Source: Burkholderiales bacterium
GTDB taxonomy: Bacteria; Pseudomonadota; Gammaproteobacteria; Burkholderiales; Casimicrobiaceae
Length of the DNA: 64,000 nucleotides
Direction of reading: 5' to 3'
Assembly: GCA_046347845.1 (NCBI GenBank)
Contig: JAXMFH010000006.1
Span: forward strand, 48,482 to 112,481
Made by a program: the position numbers and the translations under genes. Below the pieces are notes generated by a model. The model made no database searches. It worked only from the letters and a program-made list of their open reading frames with translations, and was not told where the DNA came from. This document shows, one piece after another, positions 9,370-17,958 of the stretch; the first letter of the stretch is position 1, and each line of letters opens with the position of its first letter.

Positions 9370-10034
9370 ACGTGCATGCCGACCTGTCGTTCGTCGCGAT
9401 GGTCGCGAACGCGTCGATCGTCGTCCAGGCCGTGATGGCGCTGCTCGCGGCGCTGTCGCTCTGGAGCTGGTGGCAGATCTTCCAGAAGCTGTTCCAGCTC
9501 TCGGCCGCGAAGCGCGACGCCGACCGCTTCGAGGACGAGTTCTGGAAGGGCGGCGACCTGGCCGAGCTCTACCAGAAGGCCTCGCAGTCGCGCAACGGCG
9601 GCGGTCTCGAGCACATCTTCACGGCGGGCTTCCGCGAATTCGCGAAGCACCGCCGGCAGGGAAGCTCGTCGACGCTCACGCTCGACGCGGCGCGCCGCGC
9701 GATGCGCGCCGCGTTCCAGCGCGAGATCGACTCGCTGGAGGCGCATCTCGCGGGCCTCGCGAGCGTCGGCTCGGTGTCGCCCTACGTCGGCCTGTTCGGG
9801 ACCGTGTGGGGGATCATGAACGCGTTCCGCTCCCTCTCGAACGTCGCGCAGGCGACGCTCGCGCAGGTCGCGCCCGGCATCGCGGAGGCGCTCGTCGCGA
9901 CCGCCATGGGCCTGTTCGCCGCGATCCCGGCGGTCGTCGCGTACAACCGCTACACGCACGACGTCGACCGGCTCGCCACGCGTTACGAGACGTTCATCGA
10001 GGAGTTCAGCAACATCCTGCAGAGGCAGGGGTGA
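9366..10034 (+). CDS. tolQ: Tol-Pal system protein TolQ
   Basis: MotA/TolQ/ExbB channel family (GSVSPYVGLFGTVWGIMNAF...IAEALVATAMGL). The GTG start overlaps the ybgC stop. Confidence 0.9.
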   Translation: MNVHADLSFVAMVANASIVVQAVMALLAALSLWSWWQIFQKLFQLSAAKRDADRFEDEFWKGGDLAELYQKASQSRNGGGLEHIFTAGFREFAKHRRQGSSSTLTLDAARRAMRAAFQREIDSLEAHLAGLASVGSVSPYVGLFGTVWGIMNAFRSLSNVAQATLAQVAPGIAEALVATAMGLFAAIPAVVAYNRYTHDVDRLATRYETFIEEFSNILQRQG

Positions 10035-10237
10035 CAGGAGTCAGGAGTCAGTTGGCAGTTGACAGCGGCGCCGGTGTTTCCCGGGGCTGCGCATCGAGCG
10101 CAGCTGGAAGGTCCGCCAGGCGAAATGGCGTCAACGTACTCCTCGACTTGAACGGGCTCGTCGGCGCTCGACGCGCCGCCACCGGAAACGCTGCCGCGAC
10201 TGTCAACTGCCAACTGACTCCTGACTCCTGACTCCTG
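10035..10237. repeat. MITE-like hairpin element, family B copy 2
   Basis: Left arm 10035-10065 CAGGAGTCAGGAGTCAGTTGGCAGTTGACAG. Right arm 10200-10230 is its perfect 31-nt reverse complement, followed by an extra ACTCCTG. It starts at the nt after the tolQ TGA and ends 5 nt before the tolR GTG. Confidence 0.9.
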
Positions 10238-10242
10238 ATCCC

Positions 10243-10656
10243 GTGCGCCGCCCCCGCAAGAGCATGAGCCAGATCAACGTCGTGCCCTACATCGACGTGA
10301 TGCTGGTGCTGCTCGTGATCTTCATGGTCACGGCGCCGCTGATCACGCCCGGCGAGATCGCGCTGCCGTCGGTGGGCGCGAAGCTCACGGCGCCGGTCGC
10401 GCCGCTCGAGGTGACGCTGCGCAACGACCAGTCGCTGTGGCTGCGCGACCAGGGCGCGCCCGGCACCTCGGCCGTGAAGGTGTCGCGCGACGAGCTCGTC
10501 GCACGCGTCGTCGCGAAGCAGGCGCGCGCGCCCGATCAGGGCGTCGTGATCGCGGCGGACAAGTCGGCGCGCTACGAGGACGTGCTCTCGGTGCTCGACG
10601 TGCTCCAGCGCAACGGCGTGCGCAAGGTCGGCCTGCTCGCGCGGGGTCCGCAGTAG
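10243..10656 (+). CDS. tolR: Tol-Pal system protein TolR (ExbD family)
   Basis: SQINVVPYIDVMLVLLVIFMVTAP is the ExbD/TolR TM signature. Confidence 0.9.
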   Translation: MRRPRKSMSQINVVPYIDVMLVLLVIFMVTAPLITPGEIALPSVGAKLTAPVAPLEVTLRNDQSLWLRDQGAPGTSAVKVSRDELVARVVAKQARAPDQGVVIAADKSARYEDVLSVLDVLQRNGVRKVGLLARGPQ

Positions 10657-10663
10657 CGCCCCG

Positions 10664-11518
10664 ATGAAAGGCGAGCGACGCGCGCCCGAGGCCGCGAACG
10701 GCCGCCGCCGGCCCGGGCGGACGCTCGCGCTCGTGCTCGCGATCCTCGTCCACGTCGCCTTCCTCGGCGTGCTCGTCTGGTCGGTACGCTGGCAGAGCCG
10801 CCCGCCCGAGCCGGTGACCGCCGAGCTCTACGTCCCGCCGGCGAAGACGAAGGCTCCCGAACCGGAGGCGAAGGCCGAGCCGCCGCGCATCGAGACGCCC
10901 AAGGCCGAGGCGAAGGCCGAGCCGCCCCCGCCGCCCCCGCCGCCCCCGCCCAAGGCGGACCCGCGCGAGGCCGAGCTCGCCCTCAAGGCGAAGGAGCAGG
11001 AGGAGCGCAAGGCGCGCGAGAAGGCGGAGGCCGAGAGGCGCGAGCGCGAGCGAAAGGCGGCCGAGGAGAAGCGTCTCGCCGACGAGAAGCGGAAGGCCGA
11101 CGAGCAGCGGGCCGCCGAGGCCCGCGAGCGCCAGCAGCGCGCGACCGAGGCGATCCGCGCGGAGGCCGAGCGCGAGGCGTCGGAGCGGGCGCAGGCCGAG
11201 GCCAGGGCGCGCGCGAAGGCGCAGGCCGACGCCGCCGCCGCCGCGGCGCAGGCCGACTGGATCCGCCGCATCCAGGCCAAGATCCGCGGCAACGTGATCC
11301 TGCCGCCCGACCTGCCGGGCAATCCCGAGGCCGTGTTCGAGGTCGTGCAGCTGCCGACCGGCGAGATCCTCGACGCGCGGCTCGCCAGGTCGAGCGGCGT
11401 GAAGGCTTACGACGACGCCGTGGCGCGCGCGATCGTGAAGTCGAGCCCGCTCCCGCGGCCCGAGCGCGCGGAGCAGTTCTCGCGCACGCTGACGCTGCGT
11501 TTCCGGCCGCTCGACTGA
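10664..11518 (+). CDS. tolA: Tol-Pal system protein TolA
   Basis: N-terminal TM, a Pro10 tract, a long Lys/Glu/Ala-rich helical domain, and a C-terminal TolA/TonB-like domain. Position after tolR. Confidence 0.8.
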   Translation: MKGERRAPEAANGRRRPGRTLALVLAILVHVAFLGVLVWSVRWQSRPPEPVTAELYVPPAKTKAPEPEAKAEPPRIETPKAEAKAEPPPPPPPPPPKADPREAELALKAKEQEERKAREKAEAERRERERKAAEEKRLADEKRKADEQRAAEARERQQRATEAIRAEAEREASERAQAEARARAKAQADAAAAAAQADWIRRIQAKIRGNVILPPDLPGNPEAVFEVVQLPTGEILDARLARSSGVKAYDDAVARAIVKSSPLPRPERAEQFSRTLTLRFRPLD

Positions 11519-11535
11519 CCTCCGCGCCGGCGCAA

Positions 11536-12068
11536 CGCGCGCTTCGGGGGGATCACCCGCGCCCGCCGGGCCGCCCCAGGGGCGCGGCGCCCCCTCGGGG
11601 GGAGGCTCGCGCAGCGAGCTTCGGGGGGATCACCCGCGCCCGCCGGGCCGCCCCGGGGCGCGGCGCCCCCTCGGGGGAGGCCGCGCAGCGGCTTCGGGGA
11701 TCACCCGCGCCCGCCGGGCCGCCCGGGCGCGGCGCCCCCTCGGGGGAGGCTCGCGCAGCGAGCTTCGGGGATCACCCGCGCCCGCCGGGCCGCCCCGGCG
11801 CGGCGCCCCTCGGGGGAGGCTGCGCAGCGGCTTCGGGGACACCCGCGCCCGCCGGGCCGCCCCGGGCGCGGCGCCCCTCGGGGGAGGCTCGCGCAGCGAG
11901 CTTCGGGGGGATCACCCGCGCCCGCCGGGCCGCCCCAAGGGCGCGGCGCCCCCTCGGGGGGAGGCTCGCGCAGCGAGCTTCGGGGGGATCACCCGCGCCC
12001 GCCGGGCCGCCCCAAGGGCGCGGCGCCCCCTCGGGGCGAGGCTCGCGCAGCGAGCTTCGGGGGGATCA
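11536..12068 (+). repeat. tandem array of family A units (about 7.5 copies, period 68-77 bp)
   Basis: GATCACCC landmarks at 11551, 11628, 11699, 11770, 11838, 11910, 11987 and 12064. The array occupies the whole gap between convergent tolA and the 563-aa gene. No unique spacers. Confidence 0.9.
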
Positions 12069-13757
12069 CATCACGCGGGGCTTCTTCTCGAGGATCTGGA
12101 TGGTCGCCCAGCTCCACTCGGCCCGCTGCTCGACGAGGTGGCGCAGCGCGACCGTGTAGACCGACCGGCCGGTCATCAGCACGACCGAGCGGCCGTCCGA
12201 GTATTCGGAGGTCGGGACGATCAGCGTCTTGACCGAGAGCGGCTTGTCGGGGCGCGACGGCGGGGGCAGGTAGATGCCCTCGAACCGGGCACCCATCGTG
12301 CCGACGTCGATCCCGTTGACGACGAAGCCCATGTCCTCGCGCGCCTCGCGCCGCGTGTAGAGCGTCACCGGCACGAAGCGCTCGGCGATGATCGAGACGC
12401 CGGCCTCGACCTCCTCGACGCTGACCTTGTTGAGCCGCCGCACGACGCCGAGGACCCAGTCGGACACGTCGCTCTGCCGCACCGCGACGAGCCCGCCGAG
12501 CGCGAGGCTCTGGCCGATGCCGCCCGACGCGGCGATGCGCAGCCCCGCGACGCTGCGGTCCTTGACCTGCCACATCGGGTCCGAATACGACGCGAGGCTC
12601 GCGACCAGCGAGTCGTTCTCGTCGTGGGCCGGGCGCCGCGCGCGGGGCGTGTCGGCAACCGCGTAGACCTCGATCTGCTCGCCTCCCGGCTCGGGCGCGG
12701 CGTCGGAGGCCTCCTTCGTGGCGAGCTCGTGGCAGATGCGGCCCAGGCCGATGCGCACGCGCGCCGACACCTTGCAGGCGATGCGGGCGTCGCGCCGCAG
12801 GTCGGTCAGCACGTTCGGCGCCACCGACGGGCGCACCTTGTCGAGGATGGCGGCGCGCTGCTGGTTGATCGGCGCGGCCGGCCCGAAGTCGGTCGTTTCC
12901 GCCTGGCGCAGCGACGCGATCGCGCGGTCGATCTGGTCGGCGAGCGGCGAGGTGTCGAGGTAGCGGAGCATCGAGCCGGAATCGTTGCCGGTGCGCCGCT
13001 GCAGCCCGGTCCGCCCGGCGATGTCGACGAAGAATCCTTCCGGCGAGCGGGGCACCGCGTCGAGCTCGAGCCGCCGGCTCCAGGCGCGCAGCTGCGAGCA
13101 GGCCCAGTCGATCTCGGCGGGCGTCATGTTGCCGGTGTTGAGCTGGTGGACGAGCAGCGTGTACAGGTACTCCTGCTCCATCGACCACGCCGTCGCGTTC
13201 GGCGCGGCGCCGGCGAGCGTCGTCGGGATGCGCTCGACGGCGAGCTCCGTGGCGCGCAGGAACGAGCGGTGGAGCTCGGCCCACTTCGCCGGGATCCAGC
13301 GCTCGTAGCGGAACACGCGGAGCTTCGCGTCGGTGCCGGCGTAGTGCGTGTGGCGCGCGAACAGCATCGGGACGAGCGGCTTCCAGCGCGCGTTGCCCGG
13401 CTGCGACAGTCCTTCCTCGAGCGACGCCTGGTAGGCGGTCATGAAGCCCTGCGTCATCTCGTAGATCGCCTGCCACAGGCGCTCGGCGAGCTTCGGTCCG
13501 GTCTCGACGTTCTCGACGTACTGCTTGATCAGCTGGCGGCGGTCGGTCCCCAGCGAAGCGTCGAGGTACTGGATCGCCAGGACCCGGGCGGGGTCGACGG
13601 GCTTGCGCGACAGGCGCATGCCGTCGAACGCGCGCATGACGTGCTGCTGCCTGCCGATGACGTCGAGCGCGGGCAGCTGGCGGAGCCAGGCCGACACGGA
13701 CTTGACCGACACGAGCGGGTCGGTCGTGTCCTTGCTCGTTGTCAGGAATTCGAACAT
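12066..13757 (-). CDS. conserved hypothetical protein with a possible C-terminal PilZ-like domain
   Basis: 563-aa ORF starting [10 protein letters not shown] (ATG at 13757), with coding-like composition. Contains RRDAR (RxxxR) and DRSVAG (DxSxxG) motifs. Confidence 0.7.
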   Translation of the reverse strand: MFEFLTTSKDTTDPLVSVKSVSAWLRQLPALDVIGRQQHVMRAFDGMRLSRKPVDPARVLAIQYLDASLGTDRRQLIKQYVENVETGPKLAERLWQAIYEMTQGFMTAYQASLEEGLSQPGNARWKPLVPMLFARHTHYAGTDAKLRVFRYERWIPAKWAELHRSFLRATELAVERIPTTLAGAAPNATAWSMEQEYLYTLLVHQLNTGNMTPAEIDWACSQLRAWSRRLELDAVPRSPEGFFVDIAGRTGLQRRTGNDSGSMLRYLDTSPLADQIDRAIASLRQAETTDFGPAAPINQQRAAILDKVRPSVAPNVLTDLRRDARIACKVSARVRIGLGRICHELATKEASDAAPEPGGEQIEVYAVADTPRARRPAHDENDSLVASLASYSDPMWQVKDRSVAGLRIAASGGIGQSLALGGLVAVRQSDVSDWVLGVVRRLNKVSVEEVEAGVSIIAERFVPVTLYTRREAREDMGFVVNGIDVGTMGARFEGIYLPPPSRPDKPLSVKTLIVPTSEYSDGRSVVLMTGRSVYTVALRHLVEQRAEWSWATIQILEKKPRVM

Positions 13758-13880
13758 GGGGATCGGCGTGCCGGACCGGGGCGAAGGTCGCGGCCCGGTC
13801 CTCGGGCCGCGCGTTCCGGCGAATCTCGATTTATAGACGAATTCCCCCCCCCGCGCAAAAGCGCGGGGGCGAGGGTCCGA

Positions 13881-13886
13881 TACAAT
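13881..13886 (+). promoter_or_regulatory. candidate -10 (TACAAT) for the FKBP gene
   Basis: AT-rich hexamer in the divergent intergenic region, about 90 nt upstream of ATG 13976. Confidence 0.3.
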
Positions 13887-13975
13887 GGCCGGCCCGAATG
13901 CGAGTCGGCCCCCGCGCCCGCGCGCTCTGCCGCGCGCCGCCATCGGGCCGCCGCCCTTTCGACCGACCTCCGTCC

Positions 13976-14446
13976 ATGCCTCGTACCCTCCTGCCGTCGC
14001 TCGCCCTGGGCGTCCTCGCCCCCGTCCTCGCGGCCGCGGCCCTCGCCCAAAGCCCCGCCCCCTCGTCCCCCCCCGGAGTCAGCAAGATGGATGCCACCGT
14101 GAGCACGCTCAAGAAAATCGATACGAAACAAGGCGCTGGCGCCGAGGCCGTCAAGGGGAGGCCGGTCGTCGTCCACTACACCGGCTGGCTCTACGACCCG
14201 GCGAAGCCGGAGGGAAAGGGCGCCAAGTTCGACAGTTCGCTGGACCGGCGCGAGCCCTTTTCGTTCGCGCTCGGCCAGGGCCAGGTGATCCGCGGGTGGG
14301 ACGAGGGCGTCGCGGGCATGAAGGTCGGCGGCAAGCGCACGCTGATCATTCCCGCCGAAATGGGCTACGGGGCGCGCGGCGCCGGCGGGGTCATCCCGCC
14401 CAACGCCACGCTCGTCTTCGACGTCGAGCTGCTCGAGGTCCGCTGA
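13976..14446 (+). CDS. secreted FKBP-type peptidyl-prolyl cis-trans isomerase
   Basis: Signal peptide [28 protein letters not shown] core VVVHYTGWL...FDSS...[25 protein letters not shown]...LVFDVELL. Confidence 0.85.
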   Translation: MPRTLLPSLALGVLAPVLAAAALAQSPAPSSPPGVSKMDATVSTLKKIDTKQGAGAEAVKGRPVVVHYTGWLYDPAKPEGKGAKFDSSLDRREPFSFALGQGQVIRGWDEGVAGMKVGGKRTLIIPAEMGYGARGAGGVIPPNATLVFDVELLEVR

Positions 14447-14483
14447 CCGCCCGCGACGCCCTCCTTCCGGACGCCCCGATCCG

Positions 14484-17144
14484 ATGCTCCCCCGCGACGG
14501 TCCCGCGACGATCAAGCGCCGCCTCGACTACCGGCCCCCTGCGTTCCTCGTCGACCGCCTCGCGCTCGAGCTCGACCTCGACCCGGCGGCGACCGAGGTG
14601 AAGGCGACGCTCGCGTTCCGGCGCAACCCCGCCGCCGCACCCGAGGACCGCCGCTCGCCGCTCGTCCTCGACGGCGAGCAGCAGGACAACGTCCGCGTCG
14701 AGCTCGACGGCCGGGCGCTCTCGTCGGCCGAGGCGATCGTGACGGCCGCCGCGCTCGCGATCCCGGGCGCGCCGGACGCCGGAACGCTCGTCGTGCGCTC
14801 CCGCATCGCGCCGGAGCGCAACCTCGCGCTGGAGGGGCTCTACGTCTCGTCGGGCGTGTTCTGCACGCAGTGCGAAGCCGAGGGCTTCCGCCGCATCACC
14901 TACTTCCCGGACCGCCCGGACGTGCTCGCGACCTACACGGTCACCCTGCGCGCCGACCGCGCGCGCTTCCCGGTGCTGCTGTCGAACGGCAACCTGGTCG
15001 CGGCGGGCGGCCTTCCCGGCGGGCGGCACTTCGCGACCTGGCACGACCCGTTCCCGAAGCCGTCCTACCTGTTCGCGCTCGTCGCCGGCGACCTCCAGTC
15101 GCTCGACGACGCGTTCACGACGGCGTCGGGCCGCCGCGTGCACCTCGCGATCTACTCGACGCCGGCGAACATCCCGCGCTGCCACTGGGCGATGGAGTCG
15201 CTCAAGCGCGCGATGCGCTGGGACGAGGAACGCTACGGGCGCGAGTACGACCTCGACCGCTTCATGATCTTCTGCGCCGACGACTTCAACTTCGGCGCGA
15301 TGGAGAACAAGGGCCTCAACATCTTCAACAGCCGGCTCCTGCTCGCCGACCCGCAGACCGCGACGGACGACGACTACGGCGCGATCGAGTCGGTGGTCGG
15401 CCACGAGTACTTCCACAACTGGACCGGCAACCGGGTCACCTGCCGCGACTGGTTCCAGCTCTCGCTCAAGGAGGGCCTGACGGTCTTCCGCGACCAGGAG
15501 TTCTCGGGCGACTGCGGCTCGCATGCGGTCGAGCGCATCTCGGCGGTCCAGAACCTGCGCCGGCTGCAGATGCCCGAGGACGCCGGCCCGATGGCCCACC
15601 CGGTGCGGCCCGACGAGTACCAGGAGATCAACAACTTCTACACGGCGACCGTCTACGAGAAGGGAGCCGAGGTCATCCGCATGCAGCACGCGCTGCTCGG
15701 CCCCGAGCGGTTCCGGCGCGGCATGGACCTCTACTTCGAGCGCCACGACGGCCAGGCCGTGACCTGCGACGACTTCGTGCAGGCGATGTCGGACGCGTCG
15801 GGCGTCGACCTGGAGCGGTTCCGGCGCTGGTACTCGCAGGCGGGCACGCCGGTCGTCGCCGCGCGCGGCCGTTACGACGCCGCGGCGCGCACCTACACGC
15901 TCGAGCTCGCGCAGCGCACCGACCCGACGCCCGGCCAGCCGACGAAGCTGCCGTTCCACATCCCGTTCGCCGTGGGGCTCCTGGGACCCGAAGGCCGCGA
16001 CCTCGAGCTCGCGCTCGCCGGCGACGGCGGACCGGCGGCCGCGACGCGCGTCCTCGACCTCGACGAGCCGGAGCGGGCGTACACGTTCGTCGACGTGCCC
16101 TGCGCTCCCGTGCCCTCGCTCGGGCGCGGCTACTCGGCGCCCGTCCGCGTCGAGTTCGACTACACGGACGACGAGCTCGCGCTGCTCGCGGCGCACGACA
16201 GCGATCCGTACTGCCGCTGGGACGCGGCGCAGCGGACCTGGGCGCTCGCGATCCGCGCACTCGCGGCCGACCGGCGCGCCGACCGGCCCCTCGCGCTGCC
16301 GCCGGCGCTCGAGCGCGTGGTCGCGGCGCTGCTCGACGACCGGAGAAGCGACCCGGCGCTGGTGGCCCTCGCGCTGTCGCTGCCCAACCCGCAGTACGTG
16401 GCGTCGGGCGACCCCGTGATCGACGTCGACGGCATCGACCACGCACGATCGTTCCTCGTGCGCGAGCTCGCGCGGGCGCTGCCCGACCGGTTCGAGCGCG
16501 CGTACCTCGCGCAGCGGCGCACCGGCCCGTATGCGCCGGTCGCCGCGCAGGTCGCCCGGCGGCGGCTCGCCAACGTCTGCCTGCGCTACCTCTGCGAGCG
16601 CGGCGACGCCGAGGGTCGCGCGTACGCGGTCGGGCAGTTCGAGGCCGCCGACAACATGACCGATTCGATCGGCGCGCTCGCCGCGCTGACCGACACGGCG
16701 TCCGCCGAGCGCGACGACCTGTACGCGCGCTTCGAGGCGCGCTGGCGCGACGAGCCGCTCGTGCTCGACAAGTGGTTCGCGCTCGAGGCGACGAGCCGCC
16801 GCCCCGGCACGCTGCAGCGCGTCCGGTCGCTGCTCGCGCACCCCGGCTTCAACGCGAGGAACCCGAACCGGGTGCGCGCGCTCGTCGGCGCCTTCGCGCT
16901 CTCGAACTTCCCGCGCTTCCACGCGGCCGACGGCTCGGGCTACGCGTTCGTCGCCGACCAGGTGCTCGCGCTCGACGCGATGAACCCTCAGCTCGCGGCG
17001 CGCATCGCGACGGCGTTCGAGCTCTGGAAGCGGCTTCCCGAGGCGCGGCGCCGCCGGGTCGGCATCGAGTTGAAGCGCATCGCCGCCGCGCCGGCGCTCT
17101 CGCCGGACGTGGCCGAGATCGTGACGCGCAGCCTGGCGGATTGA
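14484..17144 (+). CDS. pepN: aminopeptidase N
   Basis: GAMEN exopeptidase motif and the HEYFHNWTGNRVT...E zinc site. Length 886 aa. Confidence 0.95.
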   Translation: MLPRDGPATIKRRLDYRPPAFLVDRLALELDLDPAATEVKATLAFRRNPAAAPEDRRSPLVLDGEQQDNVRVELDGRALSSAEAIVTAAALAIPGAPDAGTLVVRSRIAPERNLALEGLYVSSGVFCTQCEAEGFRRITYFPDRPDVLATYTVTLRADRARFPVLLSNGNLVAAGGLPGGRHFATWHDPFPKPSYLFALVAGDLQSLDDAFTTASGRRVHLAIYSTPANIPRCHWAMESLKRAMRWDEERYGREYDLDRFMIFCADDFNFGAMENKGLNIFNSRLLLADPQTATDDDYGAIESVVGHEYFHNWTGNRVTCRDWFQLSLKEGLTVFRDQEFSGDCGSHAVERISAVQNLRRLQMPEDAGPMAHPVRPDEYQEINNFYTATVYEKGAEVIRMQHALLGPERFRRGMDLYFERHDGQAVTCDDFVQAMSDASGVDLERFRRWYSQAGTPVVAARGRYDAAARTYTLELAQRTDPTPGQPTKLPFHIPFAVGLLGPEGRDLELALAGDGGPAAATRVLDLDEPERAYTFVDVPCAPVPSLGRGYSAPVRVEFDYTDDELALLAAHDSDPYCRWDAAQRTWALAIRALAADRRADRPLALPPALERVVAALLDDRRSDPALVALALSLPNPQYVASGDPVIDVDGIDHARSFLVRELARALPDRFERAYLAQRRTGPYAPVAAQVARRRLANVCLRYLCERGDAEGRAYAVGQFEAADNMTDSIGALAALTDTASAERDDLYARFEARWRDEPLVLDKWFALEATSRRPGTLQRVRSLLAHPGFNARNPNRVRALVGAFALSNFPRFHAADGSGYAFVADQVLALDAMNPQLAARIATAFELWKRLPEARRRRVGIELKRIAAAPALSPDVAEIVTRSLAD

Positions 17145-17170
17145 CGCCGGGCGCGGGCGTCCGGGAACGG

Positions 17171-17926
17171 CTACCAGTAGGTCTCGACGGTCACGTGCCC
17201 GGGCTCGCGCCGCCGGTGCCGGCGCATCCCGCGCGTCGCGAGCGTTGCCTGCACCTCGTCGACCATCGCCGGGTTGCCGCACAGCATCGCGTGCGCGTTG
17301 TCGGCCGTGAGCGGCACGCCGGCGCGCGCCTCGAGGCGGCCGTCCGCGATCAGCGCCGGGATGCGCCCGGGCAGCGCGCCCGGATGCGCCTCGCGGCTGA
17401 CGACCGGCACGAACGCGAACGCGCCCGCGTGCTCGCGCGCGATGCCGGCGATCGTGTCGCGGTAGGCGAGATCCGCGGCGTGCCGCACCGCGTGCACGAG
17501 CACGACGCGCCCGAACGTCTCCCACGGCTCCGCCGTGCGCAGGATGGACAGGAACGGCCCGAGGCCGGTGCCGGTCGCGAGGCACCAGAGCGCCTCGGCG
17601 GGCGGAACCTCGGCGACGCAGAAGAACCCGTTCGCCTGGGCGCCGAGCCAGACCGGGTCGCCGGGCGCGAGCGCGGCGAGGCGGGGCGAGAGCGGGCCGT
17701 CGGGCACCACCGAGAAATAGAACTCGTGCCGCGGGGCGCCGGGCGGATTCACGAACGAATAGGGCCGGCCGATCATCGGCTCCTTCGCGCCGGGGGGCGC
17801 CGGCAGCGCGAGCCGGGCGAACTGCCCGGCCACGAACGTGAGGGCGGGCGCCTCGACCTCGATCGAATGGAGCCGGTCGGTCCAATCCTTTCGCGCGGCG
17901 ACGCGGCCTTCGAGCCAACGGGACAT
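17171..17926 (-). CDS. fpr: ferredoxin--NADP(+) reductase
   Basis: FAD-binding RPYSF motif, NAD(P)-binding GTGLGPF, and C-terminal ...VTVETYW typical of bacterial Fpr. Confidence 0.9.
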   Translation of the reverse strand: MSRWLEGRVAARKDWTDRLHSIEVEAPALTFVAGQFARLALPAPPGAKEPMIGRPYSFVNPPGAPRHEFYFSVVPDGPLSPRLAALAPGDPVWLGAQANGFFCVAEVPPAEALWCLATGTGLGPFLSILRTAEPWETFGRVVLVHAVRHAADLAYRDTIAGIAREHAGAFAFVPVVSREAHPGALPGRIPALIADGRLEARAGVPLTADNAHAMLCGNPAMVDEVQATLATRGMRRHRRREPGHVTVETYW

Positions 17927-17945
17927 GAAATCGGTCGGCGAACGG

Positions 17946-17951
17946 TAAAAT
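17946..17951 (+). promoter_or_regulatory. candidate -10 (TAAAAT) 7 nt upstream of ATG 17959
   Basis: AT-rich hexamer in the fpr/GNAT divergent gap. No SD fits between it and the ATG. Confidence 0.35.
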
Positions 17952-17958
17952 TCGCATT

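Noticed and set aside
10828-11322. 164-aa minus-strand ORF inside tolA
   Set aside because: It is antisense to the Ala/Glu/Lys-rich repeat domain of TolA and is a low-complexity mirror translation.
11536-12068. Regularly spaced repeats that could be mistaken for a CRISPR array
   Set aside because: The units abut each other with no unique spacers. The period is 68-77 bp of the same sequence. No cas genes or leader are present. The same unit occurs at other loci, including inside genes.
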